A DNA stretch of 64,000 nucleotides from Magallana gigas (taxonomy: Eukaryota): positions 42,842,001 to 42,906,000 of the forward strand of contig NC_088858.1 in NCBI RefSeq assembly GCF_963853765.1, in the 5' to 3' direction. Of the stretch, positions 1-9,424 are shown in pieces. A program made the translations under genes and the position numbers. Numbering within the stretch: position 1 is the first letter of the stretch; every line of letters starts with the position of its first letter. The notes under the pieces are model-generated. The model was given only the letters and a program-made list of their open reading frames with translations. It did not search any database and was not told where the DNA came from.

Positions 1-253
1 ATTTTTATAGCTCAGATTATTTAACTATTTGTCGTGAATATACTTTTATCTGTTTTTTTATTTTCTCTCTACTTATATGTTTAAAATGCAAACAATTTTA
101 TTTTAAACAAATAAAATGTTCTTGGTTTCAAAGTAACGTATTATTGTTCTTGAGACTTTCAAGTCAGTTAACATTGCACTGTGAGAACAGATATCTTTTT
201 GTTTATTTAAAAGTTTAGCTGGAAAATAATTTTATTCTTCAATTTTATCACAG

Positions 254-288
254 ACAAATCAACAACAATTGTTGTGGAAGACGAAAAG
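254..288 (+). CDS. Nav1: Nav exon, II-III linker ([11 protein letters not shown])
   Basis: cag|ACAAATC...GAAAAG|gtgcgt; 35 nt, ends in phase 0, matching the next exon. Confidence 0.65.
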
Positions 289-3200
289 GTGCGTATAACA
301 GTTTTGAGGAAAACCTGTGTACCCTCTTTTTTTTTTAAATTGTAAAATTTGTGTGATTATGAGTGTCATATACAAAAATTTTGATTATTAATAGTCAAAA
401 TTTGTGAATATGTTAAGGACACTAACCATCTTCGTGTTAATATTTTTTTAAAAATGTACATTCTGCTCACATTTGTATATTTATTTTCAATGACCTATGC
501 ACAGAAAGCGGAAGATACCACACGCCCAAACAGTCGTGCGAGTCCAAGGGAATCACTGAGTTCCAACAGTCACCATTCAATGTCAGACGATGACACCAAA
601 TTGAGCTTAACCAAAGTCGACGCAGACGGCGAACCGGAAATAAACGAGGTCAAGGTCACTTATGCAAACTACCCGGATGACTGCTTTTGTAAAATCTGCC
701 GACGGAAGTGCCCGTGCTGCATACGGTTTGAAAACACGAAATGGGGGAAGAAGGCTTGGAAGATACGATGTTTAGCTTATGCCCTGGTCGAACACAAATA
801 TTTTGAGACTTTCATTATTACAATGATTCTTGCCAGTAGTATCGCTCTTGTAAGTGCTGTTTTGTTCTGTGATGATTCAGATTCATTTATTTTAATTTCA
901 AACCACTTTACAATGGTATAAAGAGACTATAAAATGCCTAAACGTTTAGATTTTCAAATTAAATAACAACGGCGTACGTGAAATTACAAGTATAAAGAAA
1001 GGTATAGCCTCATGTTTTAATAAATGTGAAGTACAGAAACTACTTGGGGAGCATATTTTATTTATTTTCATAATAAATTTAATGAATATAATTTTCTTTA
1101 AAAAAATAAACCCAGTGTTTACTATTTGACATTATATGTATTTTTAACAGTATTTTTTATTTTGATGGTTGAGTTCTTGCTGATTGAATTCTTTTTGCTG
1201 TAATGACTGACAATTAAAAATACATAGGAAATTCATCCCCAATTTCTGTCATATGAATCACTGTAATAAACCATTTCCTTTTTCTTTTTTTAAATTTTCT
1301 TAATATATGGCATTTATTACGAAGATTTAACATTTATTATTAATAATGATAATTACAGGCAATCGAAGATGTATACTTGGAAGAGAGGCCAACACTGGAA
1401 CAGATTCTTGAAATAACGGACAAGTTCTTTACCACTGTATTCATTATAGAAATGTTCATAAAATGGACTGCGTTTGGATTCAAGAAATATTTTACAGATG
1501 CGTGGTGTTGGCTTGACTTTGTTATCGTTGGGGTAAGTTTGTAACCCCGTTTTTGATAATTGCTATATATTTAGTATATAATACGCTTTGTTTTATTGAG
1601 TTCACCGTGTCACTCCCAGATTCTCTCTCCGTTAACGTTAATCAAAAAAACATTTTGAACAGTGTTTCTCTACGATGAAAAACCATCCTGATCATGGTAC
1701 TTTTTCTGTTATCAATCAAGTTATGAATTGCCGCAGAGCTTTTTTATCTTTTGTTGTTTTTACAGAACACGTGTAATAATACTTTGTTAACTTTAACATT
1801 AAATTTTCGTGTTGAATTGATACCGGTGTATTTATCAATAATATAGATAAATCATAGCTACATCATTTTGATGTTTATGGGTATATACAGTTTGATAAGT
1901 AAGCACTTCTGCCTTAGTAAAGCCAGCACTGCAAGTGCATTACATAATATTACATCCACTTGAAAATATTGTTTACAATTTTGTTGTATATTAGTTTTAT
2001 GTGTTGTACTCTACAGTTGCGTTTATGGAGTCTTGAACGCAACTTTGGTTGTGAGGAGCTTAGGGCAAAAGTGCAATATGTATGCAAAAATATCTATAAA
2101 ACGTAAAACATGATGTTATGTTTTGATTTTTTTTTTCAAAATGTATTTGGAAGTCTGCCGCGACTTGCAACCCTTTAACTTAAATTATTATTGAAAATTG
2201 TTTATATAGGTTTATACTTTTACAAAAACAAGTATTTATAATTAAAGCTTAATCTCCATCTAGATTTCAATCGTAATGCTGGTCTTCGAACTGCTTGGTA
2301 TGGAAAAAGTCGGTGCAATAAAAGCCATGAGGACGCTGAGAGCCTTACGACCCCTAAGAGCTGTGTCCCGGTGGGAGGGAATGAGGGTAGGGATAAGATT
2401 TAATTATATTTATGCGACATACAGACCTTCATATATGTAAATTAAATACTTATTCTAGATATGCATTTATTCCGATGAATATACAGTTGGCACTTAATAT
2501 GAATTGATTGTTGTGTTAAAGCAGTGTTATTCCCAAATAGGTCGTCGTCAATGCTTTGATCAAAGCCATTCCTTCCATTGCCAATGTCATGATGGTGTGC
2601 CTCATTTTTTGGTTGATATTTGGAATCGTCGGGGTACAGTTCTTCGCCGGCAAGTTTTACAAATGCGTGGATGAAGACGGAAACAAATTGTCTGTAAACA
2701 TCACTAAAAACAAATTTGAATGTCTAGAAAAAAATTATACATGGATAAACTCCAAAATCAACTTTGATGACGTACTGATGTCGTACCTGGCATTGTTCCA
2801 AGTAGTGAGTACATTTATCATTTATGCACATGCGTTGCACGTGTTATCATGGTGTCACATATTCAACATGAAAGTGACTATAGGCATTTAATTGTCTGTG
2901 AAAAATAGGTGAATTCATTTTGAAGGATTTTTGTTTTCTCTATAAGAAAATTCAATTACAATAGTTAAGACTGTTTTGTTCTGCTTCAACAGGCGACATA
3001 CAAAGGATGGATCGAAGTAATGAATGACGCAATAGACAGCAAAGAAGTAAGCCTTTTTATTGTAAAACATGTAGCAGCAAAAATACACAAGTATTATATC
3101 GACTTCATGTGCTGATCTAGTATTTTTTTTCGGAGGGGGGTGGGGGACCAAAGAATAATTGTGTTTGCCGTGCGGGTGGATGGGTCAAAAGCCCTGTTTT

Positions 3201-6200
3201 GGTGAAATTACTAAGTGAAGTAAATTTTAATTTGCCAGGAAGGTCTGACCCCCCCCCCCTCCGTTCTAGATCCGCGCATGATCTTTAAAATAACAGGAAT
3301 AACTAAGCGTTTTACGAAGGCATGTAAACAAAAGTTTGACAAAACTGAGGGTGTTGTTCTCTCTCAATGAGCAGGGAGATATATTACTGTGATTACAGCA
3401 AGAATCTGATGTTTCTTTATTATCAACAGATTGACGAGCAGCCCGAGCGAGAAGTCAATGTTTACATGTACCTGTACTTCGTCTTCTTTATCATATTCGG
3501 TTCATTCTTTACCCTGAATCTGTTCATCGGTGTCATCATTGAAAACTTCAATCAGCAGAAAAAAAAGGTAATCATAACTATACATATATACATTACAAAA
3601 TGCTACCGTGCTTTATATCCAGGATAATGTTACACGTGCAAAACTTAATTATATATAAAAATAAAATTGATAAATGCATGCATGTAAAAGCATTGATTTT
3701 AAAAACTTGTATTGCTGAAATTGAAATAAGAATCTATTTTAATCATTTACTCTTCTTGGGGTAATTATTAAATCATGTTTGTATAACAAAACTGTTCTCT
3801 TTTAGAGATTTATCTGATGACTTCTTTTATTTCTTATGTTAAGGAATACTACATGCAGTACTATATTTTCAACTTCATGTACATGTATTTAGTTAATTTG
3901 CAATTTACAAATCTAAAAGAGTTAAGCTATGAAAATGGCGATTAAGAAATATTTCTACGCAAATTCTGCTTCATCCTTTTGAAAAAGATGATTTTAAGTA
4001 AATAACAGAATGTCTGCCTGAAATATTGTATTAGGCTGGAGGATCGTTAGAAATGTTTATGACAGAAGACCAGAAGAAATACTATAAAGCGATGAAGCGG
4101 ATGGCGGCCAAGTCTCCACAAAAATCGATTCCAAGACCAGGAGTTAGTTTCGTTTTTTAAAAAAAGCTGCGTGTATATTGGCTTGTGACGTCATCATCTT
4201 ATTGGCGTGGCTATTGACATAACTCTCTCCTCGTCTCTATGTCTTAGCGTGTTCATAGCTCATAGCTTTATATAGCGTGTTACAACCAGTATCTGTCTTC
4301 CAAGTTCCTCTGCTGTCATGAGTTTTTTTTTCTGATTACTTTATCTGAAGCGAACAAATCTTTACCAAGTTATTGTATGGACGTTGTCTTTAAGTTAAGA
4401 ATGAGATTCGAATATGAATGAAAAAATCATGACATCTGAGAACAGACACTGGTTTGTTTGCTCTCTTCCTTGTGTTACGTGTAAACCATTCCTTGTTATA
4501 TAACATGTAGCCATATATACACAACTGGGTGATGGGTGAACCACTGCTTAATTAAGACAGAAGCGGTATACTAACCAAACAAAACCTTGTTACAGGGAAT
4601 AAAAGGTGTTTTCCTGAATAAACCCCAAAATCCTATGTTTTTATACAGGCTGGTGGATCTTTGGAGATGTTTATGACAGATGACCAGAAAAAGTATTACA
4701 TGGCCATGAAGCGGATGTCGTCTAAGTCTCCGCAGAAATCTATCCCCCGACCAAGCGTTAGTGTTATACACACACAAGAATGACGTAGACTGATCACGTG
4801 GTTCAAGTTGCATACTTTTTGACATGCTCAGTCTACACTCAAGCACGGCATGAAAATTAAATAAAATACCGTGGTTCTTTTGAGGAAAAAAATCATTATC
4901 TAAAATGAAGGCAATAAATCGAATATATCCTTTAACATGTAGAATTATTCTGTGTTTAAAATTTAAAAAAAAACGTGTCTTCGAAAAACTTTAAAATATT
5001 ATTTGCCACGGTGTTGAATATCGGTTTCTTTTTTATCAAACCTTATGACTAATTGTTATAAACTTTTTTTTTGTCCAATATCCGAACTAATAGTATTAAC
5101 ATCTCATCTTTTTACCCTCGATTAATACTATTTTATTGAAAACATTTCAATTTCTTTAACGCCGGTTCTAACGTTTGACTTTTGCACCAGTAGTGAAATA
5201 GGTTGGCACTTATTAGAATTTAAAATAATATTCCACAGAAAAGTTGTTGTAAATTTTGTTAAAATCGGGTGTAAAATTTGTATATATATTAGATAAAGTT
5301 TTAGTTTACCGCACATCTATTTATCGAAACAGATTAACAAAGCACTTTTTGGCATGAAGTTCTTTCAATTTAGCAGTCGGGAAAACCATGAATGCTCTCT
5401 TTATACGCATGTTTCTAGTTGATATATGTACATTCCTGTATTTGTAATGCCATACATGTGCATGTTAGTTACACGTGTTTTAGTTGAAAATGGATTTGTC
5501 CCATTTGGAATCATCTATTCATTCTTCAATGTAATTTCTATACATTGATAGATAATTTTAAAAAAAATGCATTTTGTTTGAAGATATAAAAATGTTATAA
5601 ATCTTTACATTCTTCTAATTTATTCTGCAACTACAATTGAATGTTTTACAGATAAACATTGCATGTAATTTCACTCACTTTTAAAAGCACTAATATTCAT
5701 TTCAAGTTGTATATATACAAAAACTAATCACAGTTTATCGAAATGTTTTCATCTGTTTTTCTTTCAAAATTTGACTAATATTCAAATGTTAAAAAAAACA
5801 ATTAATACCAAATTAAAACTATTTGTATGATAGAGGATAATGAAAGTATATATATAATTATTTCTCGATTTAGATTTCTCTATTATGCATTATAAAGTGA
5901 ATATTTCTAGAAAGTGTATATACGTTTTATGATTCCTGTAGATATCCTACAACTCACTTGTAATTATGTTATTGATTTTTTTTTTTGTAAAGAATATAAT
6001 CATGGGATGGATTTTTGATGCTGTGACCAACCAGAAATTTGACATCGGGATCATGATAATAATCATGCTGAACATGCTGACCATGGCGCTTGAACACTAC
6101 AAGCAGTCCCAGATGTTTACGACCATCTTGAACCACGTGAATATGTCGTTCATCATTATATTCACGGTCGAGTGCGTTCTCAAACTTATCGGACTGAGGC

Positions 6201-9200
6201 ATTTCTACTTCAAGTTCCCATGGAATATATTTGACTTTGTGGTAGTGGTACTTTCAATCCTAGGTAAGAATAATATCTATTTCGTGTTTTACTATCGTTT
6301 TGTAGAATTTTTTTAATAAATTATGTCAGTTTACTTGTATACTAGTATATCCCTAGAAGTATGCATATACGTCAGACAAAGTAATGATTTTAATTTAAAT
6401 TTTGTAGAGTTTTTCTGTTAATAGAAGTCTTATTTTTTGTAAACGAGGAATTACTTCTTGCTTTTAATCGCCGATCGAAATGCAAAATCTTTCAAAAAAA
6501 CTTTGAATAGTTTTATAATAAAAGTTTTAGACTAATGTACTATAGTATATAGATAAAATCTTATGTATCAAATTTACAGTTGTCATATTTTTATCGATTA
6601 TAGGTATCAGTTAATGCGTCTATTAAATTTATTAGTTTTGAAAAAACGCAAGCGAATAATTCCTTTAAACATGTTTTGAATTGTTATTTCTCATAGATCT
6701 ATGCTTTTGTTGTGAATGCAATGGTGCTTGTTTATAGCTATATGCAACATACACAGACAATATGTATTCACTGGACTTTCGTAGCCTATATTGTGATGTA
6801 TCCAATATATGGTTTCATAAAATGATCCAGTTTCATTCGTGCCACGCTAATCTATGTATCTTATAGCCGCTTATAATGTTCAGTATATTTGCCGCATTTT
6901 ACACTCAGCTTATTGTCACTGCCTGCAGTTATGTATGATTTCTGCATGTTTGACTACCCATGATGGAATAATAGAAACTTTGGTTTATTAGTCGATTCTC
7001 GCATGTATTTAGTGGGTGCTTAAGTTTTTAGATTATGCACATAGTTTTTATTTCTTTAAGTGGTATGCATCTGCTATATTGGTTGTCAGATATAATATGC
7101 TGCTTTTTAATGTAATTTACCTCTATTGTCATATAGGAGAAATTGTCAGTGAGTAAACGTGTGATGGGTGATCTCCCTTGGTGCATGGCATTATACTACC
7201 TTTGAAATATTGATGATATAAAAAAAATTTTGGTTGTATTAAATTTATCATACTGTGTTCAGCTGAGTTGCCGGTCATTGCAAAGTTCGAACTTCAAGAA
7301 TGTCATTTAATGAAGTTTTGTTGAGTAGTAGTTTTTCTCATAACTGTGTGTATTTCTTCATACTAACTTGCTCTCTTTTAGTTTAAGTTTATAATAGAGC
7401 AGTTCTATCCATGACATTTTTGTTTAGTTTCAAGTATCGAAAAATAAGAATGCAATAAGTTGTCTGTAAAATGAATTTCAAGAAATTGCACATTACACAG
7501 TTTTTATTTAATAATTTTGCAAATTTCAAGAGGCCCCCACCCTAATTTAATATGTGTTTTAAAAACAGTTGTTAATACGTTGAAAACGAAACACAGATAA
7601 AACTGCATTAAAAGCAGTCGCATAATTTTATCCTCATAAATTAAGATAATTCAAAATGACAAATATTGAAAAAAAATTTGCTGGTTTTCTGATAAGAAAG
7701 GTTCTCAACTATTCATCATTGTGCATAGAGCTACATCTTATATAATATATACCGGTATGACTGGTCCAAAAAATTATGCATTTCAAATGATACAAATGTG
7801 CAGGAAGATAATTTATCAGTTTTGTCTGGTTTGAGAAAATGTGTAGGTTGTAAGAATTATATATTGAGCATAATATGTTGATGTTTGGCATGGGTGTGTG
7901 CATGTAGTAGTTATACTAATCATTGTGAGATTAAGTATATTACTATTACAAAGTTCTATTTCTGAAGAAAAAGGGGTTCTCTTTGTTCGTGTTAACTATT
8001 TGATATAATATTATATATGTATATCTTAATTGACGGCATGATTTAGTAGAAAATATATATAGAGTTGTATTATATACATGTACCAATTCATACGTTCCTC
8101 TAATATGAGATTGAAAGTAATAGAAACTGATTTTATTCGTCACAAACCCTTTATTCCTGTTTAGATGCAAAGACTCTTTTATTTTGCAGGCGTTGCGCTG
8201 AGTGACGTCATGGACCAATTCCTGGTCTCGCCTACGCTTCTTCGAGTGGTCAGGGTCTTCAGGGTTGGCAGAGTGCTCCGTTTGGTCAAGTCGGCGAAAG
8301 GGATTCGAACTTTGTTATTTTCTCTTGCCGTGTCGTTGCCTGCTTTATTTAATATCGCTTTACTGCTGTTTCTTGTAATGTTTATATATGCCACGTTCGG
8401 GATGAGTTTCTTTATGCATGTAAAACACCAATATGGCATAGATGACTGTTTTAACTTTGAAACATTCTTCCGAAGTATGATATATTTGTTCCAAATGTGT
8501 ACATCGGCAGGCTGGGATGGCGCCCTGGCCGGAATTACGAACGAGGAGGATTGTATTAAGGAAACTGTCCGATTTGACAATGGCACAACTATATACAGTG
8601 ACTGTGGTAATTACAAGGCGGGTGTTATGTTCTTGACTTCCTACTTAGTTATAAGCTTCCTTGTGGTAGTGAATATGTACATAGCCGTCATTTTAGAGAA
8701 CTTCAGTCAGGCAACAGAAGATGTTCAGCAAGGTTTAACTTCTGACGAGTTTGACCTGTTCTATGAGAAATGGGAAAAATTCGACCCAGAGGCTACGAAA
8801 TTTATTCAACTTAGTCAGTTGTCTGACTTTGTGGATTACCTAGAAGAACCGTTGAGACTTCCAAAACCTAATCACTTTATGCTTGTGAAATTGGATATTC
8901 CGATTTGCGAAGATGACAAAGTGTATTGCAGGGATATTCTAGATGCCCTAACGAAGAACTTCCTGGGGACCTCGGACACGCCGGGGGAGATTGATGTCAA
9001 CGAGGTTGACAAAGATAAGGAGAAAATCGAATATCACGTGACAAGTTCTACCCTTATGCGACAGAAAGAGCACTACGCCGCAAGGGTTATCCAGAAAGCC
9101 TGGAGAAGGTACAGAAACGAGAAGGGAAATTTACCCTCGCCACCCCCATACGATATGGTTATTAGTAAGGAAAGTGATATGGTTACAAGCAAAGAGAGTG

Positions 9201-9424
9201 ACATGGCAACCAGCAAGGATAGCAAAGACACGGCAACAACCATTCACGAAGATACCGCAAGCACAAAAAGTGTAAAGAGTGACACATCCACCAAGCAGAC
9301 GGCCGGAAGTTCTATCGACGTGCACATTGAGATTCCGGAATCAGAAATCACCGAAGAAACGGCAATGTTGTCACCGGAAAATAGAACGGTTGAACTACGC
9401 GCAGATAGTGACGTAGTGGCTTGA
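254..9424 (+). CDS. Nav1: Voltage-gated sodium channel alpha subunit (Nav1/para type), 3' part of gene; 5' exons lie upstream of the window
   Basis: GT-AG exons join in frame: 254-288, 505-849, 1359-1532, 2264-2386, 2541-2804, 2993-3046, 3430-3567, [4035-4142 or 4649-4756], 5993-6263, 8190-9424. They encode DIII S4 ([17 protein letters not shown]), DIII filter ATYKGW, gate MFM, DIV S4, DIV filter TSAGWDG and IQ motif IQKAWRRY. Exon sizes 174/123/54/138/271 match the conserved Nav gene structure. Confidence 0.97.
505..849 (+). CDS. Nav1: Nav exon, II-III linker to DIII S1
   Basis: cag|AAAGCG...GCTCTT|gtaagt; 345 nt; [21 protein letters not shown]. Confidence 0.95.
1359..1532 (+). CDS. Nav1: Nav exon, DIII S1-S3
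   Basis: cag|GCAATCGAAGAT...GTTGGG|gtaagt; 174 nt; AIEDVY...[15 protein letters not shown]; not in the ORF track. Confidence 0.96.
2017..2079 (+). other. Candidate cryptic/degenerate DIII S3-S4 exon copy
   Basis: tactctacag|TTGCGT...CAATAT|gtatgc; 63 nt open; [21 protein letters not shown] resembles the S3 half of the next exon. Confidence 0.35.
2264..2386 (+). CDS. Nav1: Nav exon, DIII S3-S4 voltage sensor
   Basis: tag|ATTTCA...ATGAGG|gtaggg; 123 nt; [41 protein letters not shown]. Confidence 0.96.
2541..2804 (+). CDS. Nav1: Nav exon, DIII S5 and pore loop
   Basis: tag|GTCGTC...CAAGTA|gtgagt; 264 nt; [16 protein letters not shown]...SYLALFQV. Confidence 0.96.
2993..3046 (+). CDS. Nav1: Nav exon, DIII selectivity filter
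   Basis: cag|GCGACA...AAAGAA|gtaagc; 54 nt; [18 protein letters not shown] (the K of DEKA). Confidence 0.96.
3106..3280. mobile_element. Non-autonomous MITE in a Nav intron
   Basis: TIRs CATGTGCTGATCTAG / reverse complement CATGCGCGGATCTAG (13/15), with internal poly-G and poly-C; no TSD recognised. Confidence 0.65.
3430..3567 (+). CDS. Nav1: Nav exon, DIII S6
   Basis: cag|ATTGAC...AAAAAG|gtaatc; 138 nt; ...[21 protein letters not shown]. Confidence 0.96.
4035..4142 (+). CDS. Nav1: Nav III-IV inactivation-gate exon, copy A
   Basis: tag|GCTGGAGGA...CCAGGA|gttagt; 108 nt; [36 protein letters not shown]. Confidence 0.93.
4649..4756 (+). CDS. Nav1: Nav III-IV inactivation-gate exon, copy B (alternative)
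   Basis: cag|GCTGGTGGA...CCAAGC|gttagt; 108 nt; [36 protein letters not shown]. Confidence 0.92.
5993..6263 (+). CDS. Nav1: Nav exon, DIV S1-S3
   Basis: aag|AATATA...CTAG|gtaaga; 271 nt; [17 protein letters not shown]...[14 protein letters not shown]. Confidence 0.96.
8190..9424 (+). CDS. Nav1: Nav terminal exon, DIV S3-S6 and C-terminal tail
   Basis: cag|GCGTT, phase 1; DIV S4 [33 protein letters not shown] motif, PPPY; TGA at 9422-9424. Confidence 0.97.

Noticed and set aside
4571-4846. 91-aa minus-strand ORF over gate exon B
   Set aside because: Antisense shadow; the real coding frame is on + with proper splice sites.
3606-4848. CCGTGCTT (3606-3613) complementary to AAGCACGG (4841-4848) as a docking/selector pair
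   Set aside because: An 8-bp match is expected by chance between introns of this size, and it would loop out both exons rather than select one.
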